Shown here piece by piece: positions 33,399 through 42,622 of a stretch of 64,000 nt of DNA. The notes below the pieces were generated by a model. That model ran no database searches, was not told the origin of the DNA, and saw nothing but the letters and a program-made list of their open reading frames with translations. How positions within the stretch are numbered: the stretch's first letter is position 1; each line of letters starts with the position of its first letter. The position numbers and the translations under genes were made by a program. The stretch covers positions 448,001-512,000 of the forward strand of contig OY782781.1 of the NCBI GenBank assembly GCA_963678315.1, written 5' to 3'. The DNA comes from Candidatus Cloacimonadales bacterium. GTDB lineage: Bacteria > Cloacimonadota > Cloacimonadia > Cloacimonadales > JAFGVF01.

Positions 33399-34901
33399 TT
33401 AACTTCTAAACTTAGCAGCTACCTTTTCACAAATATCTGCCATCTTAGATAACTTATCATCAGATAATTTACCTTCTGTTAGAGTTGCTGAAAATTCTTT
33501 ATATTCAGTATCGAGTGTTATATATAATTCTTTTTCTATTTCGGAAATCTGATTTACTTCGAATTCATCTAAGAAACCTTCATTAGCCATGTAGATAATC
33601 ATGATTTGCTTTTCTACTGATAGTGGAGCATACTGGCCTTGCTTAAGAATTTCAACAATTGATTGTCCTCTTCTTAACTGTGCTAAAGTAGCTTTATCAA
33701 GGTCAGAACCAAACTTAGCAAATGACTCAAGTTCTGTGTATTGAGCAAGAGCAAAACGCAATTGACCAACCACTTGTTTCATAGCTTTAATTTGAGCTGA
33801 ACCACCCACACGTGATACAGATAGACCAGCGTTAATAGCAGGACGTCTTCCAGAATAGAAAAGCCTTGAGCTAAGGTAAATCTGTCCATCAGTAATAGAA
33901 ATCACGTTAGTAGGAATGTAAGCAGAAATATCTTCGGCTTTAGTCTCGATGATAGGAAGAGCAGTTAAAGAACCACCACCTAAATCATCAGACAACTTAG
34001 ATGCTCTTTCGAGAAGTCTTGAGTGAAGATAGAAAACATCACCAGGGTAAGCTTCACGTCCTGGAGGTCTTCTAAGAAGAAGTGAAATCTCACGATAAGC
34101 TACCGCATGCTTAGATAAATCATCATAAATGATTAAGGCATGTTTACCATTATCACGGAAGTATTCACCAATAGAACAACCAGCATAAGGTGCCATATAT
34201 TGCATAGCAGGAGGTTCTGTAGCAGATGCCATAACTATAGTTGTATAGCTCATAGCACCGTATTCTTCTAATGTACGAACGAATTTAGCAACAGTTGATT
34301 CTTTTTGTCCAACTGCCACATAAACACAGTATACATCTTTACCTTTTTGGTTAATAATTGTATCTAAAGCAATAGCTGTTTTACCAGTTTGACGGTCACC
34401 AATGATAAGTTCACGTTGACCTCTACCGATAGGAACCATAGAGTCAATAGCTTTGATACCAGTTTGGAGAGGTTCAACAACTGGTTGTCTTTGAATAACA
34501 CCAAGAGCTTTCCTTTCCATTTCATAAAATTCTGTTTGTTTAATTTCACCTTTACCATCAAGAGGTTGACCGAGTGTGTTCACAACTCTACCAAGGAGAG
34601 CTTCCCCAACAGGAACCTCCAAGATACGTTTAGTTCTTTTAACGATATCACCTTCTTTAACTTTAGTGGTATCACCGAAGAGCACACAACCAACAGAATC
34701 TTCTTCGAGGTTTAGAGCCATACCAAAAACATCACCAGGAAATAGGAGCATCTCACTAGCCATTACGTTTTTGAGACCATAAACACGAGCGATTCCGTCA
34801 CCAACCTGCATAACTTTACCAGTTTCTGCAATCTCTTGGTCAAGGGCAAACTTTTTTATTCTATCTCTTATTATTGAACTAATTTCTTCAGGTCTTATCA
34901 T
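33399..34901 (-). CDS. atpA: F1 ATP synthase alpha subunit
   Basis: [35 protein letters not shown]. Confidence 0.99.
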   Translation of the reverse strand: MIRPEEISSIIRDRIKKFALDQEIAETGKVMQVGDGIARVYGLKNVMASEMLLFPGDVFGMALNLEEDSVGCVLFGDTTKVKEGDIVKRTKRILEVPVGEALLGRVVNTLGQPLDGKGEIKQTEFYEMERKALGVIQRQPVVEPLQTGIKAIDSMVPIGRGQRELIIGDRQTGKTAIALDTIINQKGKDVYCVYVAVGQKESTVAKFVRTLEEYGAMSYTTIVMASATEPPAMQYMAPYAGCSIGEYFRDNGKHALIIYDDLSKHAVAYREISLLLRRPPGREAYPGDVFYLHSRLLERASKLSDDLGGGSLTALPIIETKAEDISAYIPTNVISITDGQIYLSSRLFYSGRRPAINAGLSVSRVGGSAQIKAMKQVVGQLRFALAQYTELESFAKFGSDLDKATLAQLRRGQSIVEILKQGQYAPLSVEKQIMIIYMANEGFLDEFEVNQISEIEKELYITLDTEYKEFSATLTEGKLSDDKLSKMADICEKVAAKFRS

Positions 34902-34911
34902 ATTTAATTCC

Positions 34912-35451
34912 TTATAAATTCATTACGCTTAGTCTAAACTTTTCTAAGCTATACTTTACTGAAGAATCTACAATGAAGTTATCAGATTCAGCAATAAAAC
35001 CACCTATAACAGAAGGGTCTATCTCAAAATTAGCTTCAATAGTTGCTTTAACATTATCAGTTAAGTACTTAACCATTTTAGCTTTTAGTTGTTCTGATGC
35101 TTCATGGGCAGTTTTTATTGTAACTTTTACTATATTTAACTCTTCTAATATGTACAGTTCTAAGAAATTGATAATCTCAGCAAAGAGATTCAATCTAGTC
35201 TTTTCATGCAGTAACATTATTAGATTTTGCCAATAAATCTTATATTCGCTATTAGTTGTAAAAGGCTCAATTATTTCTAGTTTATCCTTTTGTTTAACTA
35301 ACACAGAAGCAAAGATACTGTTAATCTCTGGGTTATCCGATAAGATATTCTGGAGAGTTCTTACTTCTTTAAGAAGGTTAGGTAAGGACTCTTTACCAAT
35401 GGCTTGCATAAAGCCAATAGCGTAATGTTCAGCAGCTTTCTTATCTTTCAT
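34912..35451 (-). CDS. atpH: F1 ATP synthase delta subunit
   Basis: A..YA N-terminus, [12 protein letters not shown]; position between b and alpha. Confidence 0.9.
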   Translation of the reverse strand: MKDKKAAEHYAIGFMQAIGKESLPNLLKEVRTLQNILSDNPEINSIFASVLVKQKDKLEIIEPFTTNSEYKIYWQNLIMLLHEKTRLNLFAEIINFLELYILEELNIVKVTIKTAHEASEQLKAKMVKYLTDNVKATIEANFEIDPSVIGGFIAESDNFIVDSSVKYSLEKFRLSVMNL

Positions 35452-35930
35452 TATTTACTCCGAGAGTCTAATATCCCGTTGATTAACTCTTCATCTTTAG
35501 AAGAATCTAATTTTTCAGCAAGAACTTTTCCAGAAAGGTTAGAAACTAGATTAGCTAATTCAGATTCTAGTTCTTTCTTAACTTTAATTCGTTCATTCAC
35601 AAGCTGTTGTTCAGTTTCTGAAATTATAGATTTTCTGTTATCGTAAGCATCTTGAATAATCTTTTCTGCTTCGAATTCAGCTTCTTTCTTTATTTTATCT
35701 CTTAACTCACGAGCATCGACTACAGATTTTTTATACTCTTCGTCTTTCTTTTGAGCTAAAAGATTTGCTTCTTCTTTTGATTTATTGGCCTCATCGATAT
35801 CAGCAATAACCTTTTCTCTTCTTTGTGTTAGCATATCTTTCAATGGTTTATAAAGAACCTTAGAAAGAATAAACAATAACAATAGGAAGTTGATTATTAC
35901 CACTATAAGTGAGACATCTATACTAATCAT
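35451..35930 (-). CDS. atpF: Fo ATP synthase b subunit
   Basis: N-terminal TM (INFLLLLFIL), YKPL..ML..R, coiled coil. Confidence 0.93.
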   Translation of the reverse strand: MISIDVSLIVVIINFLLLLFILSKVLYKPLKDMLTQRREKVIADIDEANKSKEEANLLAQKKDEEYKKSVVDARELRDKIKKEAEFEAEKIIQDAYDNRKSIISETEQQLVNERIKVKKELESELANLVSNLSGKVLAEKLDSSKDEELINGILDSRSK

Positions 35931-35952
35931 TATTTCTCCAAATCTTTGAGAA

Positions 35953-36219
<267 letters not shown>

Positions 36220-36253
36220 TTATTTTATCTTTTTTATTTTTGTATTCTCATTT

Positions 36254-37006
36254 TTAAGAGAAGAATATTAATAGAAATGCTATAACTAAAGCATAGATAG
36301 CTGTTGATTCAGAAACAGCTGCTCCCAAGAACATTGTTCTACTTATAGAACCTCTTTCTCGTGGGAATCTTCCTAACATATTAGAAGCTCTACCTGTTAC
36401 ATAACCAATGCCAATACCAGGTCCTAAAGTACCTAGTCCGATTGCTAGAGATGAGCCAAGAAGAGCACACATCTTAACAACGTATTGTCCAGCAGTAGTT
36501 GTTGCTACAGGGTTTGGTACACTATAAAGTAATAGTAGTGATACCACTAATGCAAAGATAGCATCAGTTTGAGCTAAAGCTTGTCCGATCAACATATTTG
36601 TTGTAATTCTATTTGATTCTTTTGGTAATCTAGAAACAACAGAACAGGCTTGTCCACCAGTGTATCCAGCACCGAATCCTGGCCCTATTGACCCCAATCC
36701 GATTGCTAGTCCAGAAGCTAATAACGCACCAACTTTAAACCAGCTACCAGCTACGTGACCTGCTCCCCCAAATATAAGTAGAAGAGAGATAACTAATCCG
36801 AAGATAGCTCCAGTTTCAGTAACAGCTTGAGAGATAAGCATAGTTCTCAATAAGCTATCACCAGCTTTTGGTTGTTTCATAAGTGCTTTTGCTGCTTCTC
36901 CAGCAGAGTATCCTTCGCCAATTCCTGCGCTGATAGAGGCTAAACCCGTACTTAATGCAGCACCTAAGTAGGCACTAACTAATAAAAAATTGTCTGCTTG
37001 CATCAT
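36254..37006 (-). CDS. atpE: Triplicated Fo c subunit (three fused hairpins)
   Basis: Three c-type repeats with ion-site segments AVTETGAIF, ALAQTDAIF and AVSESTAIY. Confidence 0.9.
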   Translation of the reverse strand: MMQADNFLLVSAYLGAALSTGLASISAGIGEGYSAGEAAKALMKQPKAGDSLLRTMLISQAVTETGAIFGLVISLLLIFGGAGHVAGSWFKVGALLASGLAIGLGSIGPGFGAGYTGGQACSVVSRLPKESNRITTNMLIGQALAQTDAIFALVVSLLLLYSVPNPVATTTAGQYVVKMCALLGSSLAIGLGTLGPGIGIGYVTGRASNMLGRFPRERGSISRTMFLGAAVSESTAIYALVIAFLLIFFS

Positions 37007-37017
37007 ATTAATAACTC

Positions 37018-38028
37018 CTACTCTTCTGCATTAATTTCAACGGCAAGATAACTCATAGCTAACATAGTAAACACGAATGCTTGAACTGAGCCAGCAAAGA
37101 GTCCGAAGAAACCTGATAAAACAATAGGTACCATGATATATTTCACAAGTTCAGATACAACTAAGATAATAATTGCACCACCCATGATATTACCAAATAG
37201 ACGGAAGGCGATAGATACAACTTTAGAGAGTTCTCCAATAATATTTAGAGGAGCTAAGAAGAACATTGGTTCTGCAAAGCTCTTAAGGTGTGTCCATAGA
37301 CCTTTCTTTTTGATAGCGTTGTATTGAACAACAATAATTGCTATGATACCGAGCCCGATTGTGACGTTTAAATTTCTAGTAGGTTCACTGATTCCTGGAA
37401 TTGGTATGATGCCTATCAGATTACTTATCCAGATAAACAAGAAGAGGGTAAGGAGGTAAGGGGTAAAATGAATATTATGCTTACCAAGTGATTCGCCCAC
37501 CAATCCTTCGAAAGAATCGTAAATCATTTCAGCTACAATTTGAAGCTTTCCAGGTTTAAATTTGATTGCTGCTCGCACTGAGAATGCAAAAATAATTAAG
37601 AGAAGGTCTACAATCAGCATCATACGAATCATTCTGATGGCTGATATTGTTTTTCCATCGCCTAAGAAATTATGGAAGAAGAGGTAAACTGGAACATTCC
37701 CCCAAGGAAGGTGTTCTTTAATTTCCTCTAAATCTTCGACTGCATTATCTGCTTTAGCTTTACTAATAATATTAGCAATAGTTAAAGAATCGCAATCAAC
37801 TTTGTACTTGGCTATTACTTCAGATTGTAAAAGAAACTGATCTGGTTGTGTTTCTTCATTGATTTTGTCTTGCATACTCACTTCTTTCTTAGTTGTAAAC
37901 AGACCGAATTCTCCAGTTTCTGGATTCTTTCCGATATGAATACTATAACTAAGATAGAATGATAGCACAAGCTCAATTAAGAATACAACTCCAACGACAG
38001 TTAAAATAATGTTTTTCTTTTTTGCCAT
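37018..38028 (-). CDS. atpB: Fo ATP synthase a subunit with N-terminal extension
   Basis: PTRNLN, SIAFRLFGNI (essential Arg), VQAFVFTML. Confidence 0.95.
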   Translation of the reverse strand: MAKKKNIILTVVGVVFLIELVLSFYLSYSIHIGKNPETGEFGLFTTKKEVSMQDKINEETQPDQFLLQSEVIAKYKVDCDSLTIANIISKAKADNAVEDLEEIKEHLPWGNVPVYLFFHNFLGDGKTISAIRMIRMMLIVDLLLIIFAFSVRAAIKFKPGKLQIVAEMIYDSFEGLVGESLGKHNIHFTPYLLTLFLFIWISNLIGIIPIPGISEPTRNLNVTIGLGIIAIIVVQYNAIKKKGLWTHLKSFAEPMFFLAPLNIIGELSKVVSIAFRLFGNIMGGAIIILVVSELVKYIMVPIVLSGFFGLFAGSVQAFVFTMLAMSYLAVEINAEE

Positions 38029-38032
38029 AGTA

Positions 38033-38419
38033 CTACTCGATTCTTAGATATTTTTTTACTATGCCCCATGCCAAATCTATATAGATAGCAATTTGGGCAG
38101 ATAATAATCCTAAACCAAACCAAATAATATTGAGCCTACCTCTGAACAGGTATGCAATAATTATAGCATATAAAACTATTGCAGCATGTCTTAAGTAGAA
38201 TCCTTTTATTGCTCTGGTCTTTGTTACACTTTCACTCATAGTCAAGGCACCACTTAACATAAAAGCGTGCCATACAAAACCAATCACACCAGCAATTGAT
38301 CCTAGTACATAACTTATTCCTACCCACTCCCTATTAGGAGTAAATATCGAAATAATTAAGGGAATATTAGTTAACAGAATAATCTTAACTATTCTTAACA
38401 CATATTTATTGCTTTTCAT
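38033..38419 (-). CDS. atpI: ATP synthase protein I (AtpI-like)
   Basis: Four hydrophobic segments, FYLR motif, directly upstream of atpB. Confidence 0.75.
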   Translation of the reverse strand: MKSNKYVLRIVKIILLTNIPLIISIFTPNREWVGISYVLGSIAGVIGFVWHAFMLSGALTMSESVTKTRAIKGFYLRHAAIVLYAIIIAYLFRGRLNIIWFGLGLLSAQIAIYIDLAWGIVKKYLRIE

Positions 38420-38639
38420 AATATTTCCTTAATAATCTGTAATTTAGGTAGATACCTGAAATCAGTCCTAGTCCTATACTAATTATCATGAATATGTTTT
38501 CAGTTTCAAAAGATCTATCTAGCCACCTACCGATCAATAAGAATATTACAATATTCCCAATCATTGTAAGGCCTAATTGAGTAATTAAACTCAAGGCTTT
38601 AACTATCTCAGGGTCGATGTTTTTGTTTTTTTCGAACAT
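38406..38639 (-). CDS. AtpZ/AtpI family small membrane protein
   Basis: ITQLGL...IGRWLD...GL.SG pattern; first gene of the atp operon. Confidence 0.8.
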   Translation of the reverse strand: MFEKNKNIDPEIVKALSLITQLGLTMIGNIVIFLLIGRWLDRSFETENIFMIISIGLGLISGIYLNYRLLRKYYEKQ

Positions 38640-38663
38640 TACCGTATTTTAGTCAAGTTATTT

Positions 38664-39503
38664 TTATCGATTATGCATTAATGCTTGAATAATTCTATCT
38701 AATTCAGCATTATCACCATATTGAAATACAATTTTTCCTTTACCATTTTTGTCTTCAACTTTCACTTTAAAATCAAAAACATCTGATAATTTTTCTTCAA
38801 TATCTTTTCTTCTAGAAGGTCTTGTTGTTGCTTTTTTAGATTTTCCCCAATCCTTAGCTAGCTCTTCTGCTTTTCTTACTGATAGCTTTTCTGCTACTAT
38901 CTTTTCAGCGAACTTAACTTGTTGGTCTAAAGGAACCTGCAAGACTGCACGGCAGTGCCCTTGAGTGATTTCTTTATTAAGAATCATTTGTTGCACTTCT
39001 TGCTCAAGTTTCAGCATACGAAGGGTATTAGTGATAGTTGATCTATCTTTACCCATCATTTCAGCGACTTGTGTCTGAGACATTCCGAATTCTTCAATCA
39101 ATTGATAGTAAGCCTTTGCTTCTTCCAGGGCATTTAAATCTTCACGTTGAACATTCTCAATAATAGCAAAAAGAAGTTTTTCTTTAGGAGAAATAGATCT
39201 AATAATCACAGGAACTTCATTATATCCAGCGATTTTAGATGCTTCTAATCTACGTTCACCTGCTACCAATTCATAGATTTCTTCATCAGGGTTTTTAGTC
39301 ACAATAATGGGCTGAATAATTCCATTTTCTTTAATCGAATCGGCTAATTCTTGCAACTTTTCTTGGTCAAACACCTTTCTTGGCTGATACTTATTAGGCT
39401 TGATATACTCAATTTTAAGAGTAGTTATACCTGTTTCATTGTTCACTGATTCAGGCAATTTAGATATTAATGAATCTAATCCTCTTCCTAGTTCAAAACT
39501 CAT
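38664..39503 (-). CDS. parB: Chromosome partitioning protein ParB/Spo0J
   Basis: LGRGLDSL, PNKYQPRK, GIIQPI, AGERR, IENVQREDL, HTH. Confidence 0.95.
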   Translation of the reverse strand: MSFELGRGLDSLISKLPESVNNETGITTLKIEYIKPNKYQPRKVFDQEKLQELADSIKENGIIQPIIVTKNPDEEIYELVAGERRLEASKIAGYNEVPVIIRSISPKEKLLFAIIENVQREDLNALEEAKAYYQLIEEFGMSQTQVAEMMGKDRSTITNTLRMLKLEQEVQQMILNKEITQGHCRAVLQVPLDQQVKFAEKIVAEKLSVRKAEELAKDWGKSKKATTRPSRRKDIEEKLSDVFDFKVKVEDKNGKGKIVFQYGDNAELDRIIQALMHNR

Positions 39504-40258
39504 TTACTTACCACCTCAGAAGCTAGTTCTAAATAATTTTGAGACCCTTTTGATTTTATATCATATTGAAATATTGATTTACCATAACTAGGAGCTTCAC
39601 TAAGTTTCACGTTCCTAGAAACAACTGTTTCGAAAACTTGTTCTTTAAAATATCTTCTAACTTCTGCAGATACTTGATTAGATAAATTCAATCTTTGATC
39701 AAACATTGTTAAAAGAATTCCAAAAATATTCAAACTTGGATTTAAGTTCTGTTGAATCAGCCTGATAGTATTTAGAAGCTGGCTTACCCCTTCCAAAGCA
39801 AAATATTCACATTGAATTGGAATAATTATGTCAGTACTAGCAGTCAAAGCATTAACAGAAAGAAGCCCTAAAGAAGGAGGACAATCAATAATGATATATT
39901 CATAAGAATCTTTTACAGGATTCAAAGCCTCTTTCAATTTCTGTTCTCTAGCGAATTCTTTCACTAATTCAATTTCCGCACCTGTTAAATTTATATTTGA
40001 TGGAAGAATATCTAAATTATCAATAGAACTTTTTACAATAGTTTCTGACGCTCTAGTCTTCCCGATAATTACTTCATAAATGCTCTTTTCTAACTGGTCT
40101 TTTTGAATGCCTAAACCAGAACTAGCATTACCCTGTGGGTCAAAATCTATTAGCAAGGTCTTTTTTTCTAAAACCGCTAAGCCAGCAGCTAAATTAACTG
40201 CTGTTGTTGTTTTGCCTACTCCACCTTTTTGATTTACAATTGATATTATTTTAGTCAT
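39500..40258 (-). CDS. parA: Chromosome partitioning ATPase ParA/Soj
   Basis: NQKGGVGKTTT, DPQGNA, IDCPPSLG, QCEYFALEG, EAPSYG. Confidence 0.96.
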   Translation of the reverse strand: MTKIISIVNQKGGVGKTTTAVNLAAGLAVLEKKTLLIDFDPQGNASSGLGIQKDQLEKSIYEVIIGKTRASETIVKSSIDNLDILPSNINLTGAEIELVKEFAREQKLKEALNPVKDSYEYIIIDCPPSLGLLSVNALTASTDIIIPIQCEYFALEGVSQLLNTIRLIQQNLNPSLNIFGILLTMFDQRLNLSNQVSAEVRRYFKEQVFETVVSRNVKLSEAPSYGKSIFQYDIKSKGSQNYLELASEVVSK

Positions 40259-40865
40259 GTTTTACTTCTATCACCTTACGTGTTCCTAAATTTTCATTAC
40301 TATAATCGGTGATTTTATAGTTTTTAAACTGGGTAACATCATCTAAAACTTTTGATTTATACAGCAACATTGTTCCTTTTTTGTCCAAAAGTTGCATTAA
40401 AGGAGCCTTTAATTCTGGGATAATCTTTACAGATCTACAGATAATATAATCATATAGATTTATAGTTCTATAGTCTTCAAGTCTTGACCATATAGTATCT
40501 ACATTATCAAGTTCAAGAATCTCAATCATCTCATTTAATACCAGAATCTTTTTTCTCTTAGAATCAAGAAGATTTACATGTACTTGAGGATATAAAATAG
40601 CAATCGGAATTCCAGGAAGTCCTCCCCCTGTACCGAAATCAAGTATTCTAGCATCATTTTTCTTTATGTGACTGTATGGAAGACAAGAATCTAGAAAATG
40701 AGTTATCCAAATATCTTCATGAGGCATCTTTCTAGAAAAGAGATTTATCTTTGAATTTGCATCAATAAGAATATCATAATAAAGTTGAAATCTTGCTTTT
40801 AACTCTTCTTTCCTATCTGGGAAATTATCATCTATGAACTTAAAAAATATTTCTTGTTTTGTCAT
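40251..40865 (-). CDS. rsmG: 16S rRNA m7G527 methyltransferase
   Basis: N..INL, HFLD, LDFGTGGGLPGIPI, DSKRKK; upstream of parA. Confidence 0.92.
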   Translation of the reverse strand: MTKQEIFFKFIDDNFPDRKEELKARFQLYYDILIDANSKINLFSRKMPHEDIWITHFLDSCLPYSHIKKNDARILDFGTGGGLPGIPIAILYPQVHVNLLDSKRKKILVLNEMIEILELDNVDTIWSRLEDYRTINLYDYIICRSVKIIPELKAPLMQLLDKKGTMLLYKSKVLDDVTQFKNYKITDYSNENLGTRKVIEVKHD

Positions 40866-40867
40866 AT

Positions 40868-41215
40868 CTATTTATCTTGCTTCTTTTTATTGAATAATTT
40901 GTTTAATATTAATATAAGCGCTAGGAATACGAGCATAAACAAGAATATTCCAAACATTCCTTTTCCCATAATACCAAAAGCATCCATGATTGTCTCAGAA
41001 CGAGAAGAACTTTCTTCAGTAGTATCTTTTGCAGATTCTGCTAGCTCAACTATTGCATTCTCTTTAGTATCTACTAAAAGCAGAGAATCTTTTGCTGAAT
41101 CAACAGAAACGTCCTCATTCTTTTCCATGTTTTTATTAGTATTAGTTTTTACTTCTGTTTTTATTTCTTGTTCAACTTTATTACTTTCTGAATTTATCTC
41201 TAACACTGGATCCAT
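40868..41215 (-). CDS. Small membrane protein with acidic N-terminus and OadG-related C-terminal helix
   Basis: AFGIMGKGMFGIFLFMLVFLALILILNK resembles Na+-decarboxylase gamma-like small subunits; GAGGA RBS; in-operon. Confidence 0.55.
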   Translation of the reverse strand: MDPVLEINSESNKVEQEIKTEVKTNTNKNMEKNEDVSVDSAKDSLLLVDTKENAIVELAESAKDTTEESSSRSETIMDAFGIMGKGMFGIFLFMLVFLALILILNKLFNKKKQDK

Positions 41216-41226
41216 TTATTATCCTC

Positions 41227-41691
41227 TTAATAATGATATTTTTTACCATTTATGATAGTGAATGCTCTGTAAATCTGCTCTACCAAAAGCATTCTTATCA
41301 TTCTGTGTGTAAAGGTCATTTTAGAAAAACTGAGCAGTAAATTTGCTCTTTTTCTCAGCTGATCTGATAGACCATACACACCACCGATTATAAAGTCAAT
41401 ATTTATCTTTCCCATAGAGTTGTCAATAAATCCCGCAAATTCTTCAGAAGTCATTTGCTTTCCATATTGATCAAGAGCAATTAGATAATTACTTTGCTTA
41501 AGATACTTGTCGATTATCTGCGCTTCTTTCTCCTTAACAATATCAATATTGTTTGAACTCGATAGCTTGACATCTGCTGTTTCAATTATCTCAAACTTGC
41601 AAAAGGGACCCAATCTCTTGGTGTATTCAGCTATTCCATTTGCTATAAATTTCTGTTTAGTTTTACCTGGACATATCACTCTTATATTCAT
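41227..41691 (-). CDS. rlmH: 23S rRNA pseudouridine-1915 N3-methyltransferase
   Basis: EYTKRL, LDQYGKQMTSEEFA, FIIGGVYG, SFSKMTFTHRMIR, EQIYRA, YHY end. Confidence 0.95.
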   Translation of the reverse strand: MNIRVICPGKTKQKFIANGIAEYTKRLGPFCKFEIIETADVKLSSSNNIDIVKEKEAQIIDKYLKQSNYLIALDQYGKQMTSEEFAGFIDNSMGKINIDFIIGGVYGLSDQLRKRANLLLSFSKMTFTHRMIRMLLVEQIYRAFTIINGKKYHY

Positions 41692-41840
41692 TTATTCCTC
41701 TTTTTATAAGTTTAGCAGCTCTTACAAACTTGTCAAATTAAATATTATAAGCATACTTATTTGTCTATTTGTGGTGATGTAATCATCCCTCGAGTCGAAA
41801 GCTATCCAGCATTCTCAATTCTGAACCGAAGAAAAAATCT

Positions 41841-42488
41841 ATGTCGTCCCTTCAGGACTCAATTCATTGATGTCCTTGTACATGGGGTACAAGACTCAGT
41901 CAAAGCCTGACACGGCCCTGGCTTAATACATGACGTCCCTTCGGGACTAAACACCAAATACGAAATCAGCCACGAATAACACCAATCTTCACAAATCAAA
42001 CTCCGAACATCTAAACAAATAAACGCTTAAACATCTAAACATTTTTTAGCTGTATAATCAGTGTTTTCTGTGTTCAATTATTTATTATTGATCATTCATT
42101 TATCACATCCCCCACGATTGAAATCATGGGCTTTGAAGCGATATGTCCTTTCAGGACAAAGCTACATCTTTGCGTAAGCATGAACCTTGTTCAACCTATC
42201 GGTGGATGCTTACACTCCATCTATGTCCAGTCCTAAATAATTTGACTGTTTTCGTGTTATTCGTGCTTTTCGTGGTAAACTTCTCTGTTTGCAGATAAAG
42301 CTTAGCCTTTATGTCGCCCTTTCAGGGCTTTTTTTATTTTTTAACTATTACATGGAGGGCAAGCCTCCATGCTTAGTATATGCCACCCCTTCGGGGTTTT
42401 TATGGATCTAACATCTAACTCCTCCCTTCTGCCTTAAGGGTCTCCTTGAAAAATTGGCTTTTTTTCAAGGTGGCAAGTAAGGGTGACC
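41841..42488. repeat. Intergenic mosaic of REP-like palindromes
   Basis: GTCCCTTCAGGAC...GTCCCTTCGGGAC unit (41841-41949, matching 27056-27143), CCACGATTGAAATCATGG (42111), GCCCTTTCAGGGC...CATGGAGGGCAAGCCTCCATG...ACCCCTTCGGGGT (42311-42397), family A (42435-42488). Confidence 0.85.
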
Positions 42489-42622
42489 TAATATGCAGGG
42501 ATGGAATAAGCAGGAGTAATGCATTACAAGTACATTCTTTTGTATTTCATAGAAAATTGTTTGTATTAAAGTGCAAATTGAGTATAATTTGTTATAAAAG
42601 TAAGAAGAAATATGGAGATATT

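Noticed and set aside
40854..41255. Antisense and alternate-frame short ORFs in the track (this one, 553..765, 14658..15038, 32630..32989, 34389..34715, 60474..60749 and similar)
   Set aside because: They lie within or opposite well-supported genes and lack recognisable motifs, so they are shadow ORFs.
42446..42622. N-terminal 59 codons of track ORF 42446..42889
   Set aside because: It starts at a TTG inside a family-A palindrome; the ATG at 42623 has an RBS and is followed by a signal peptide.
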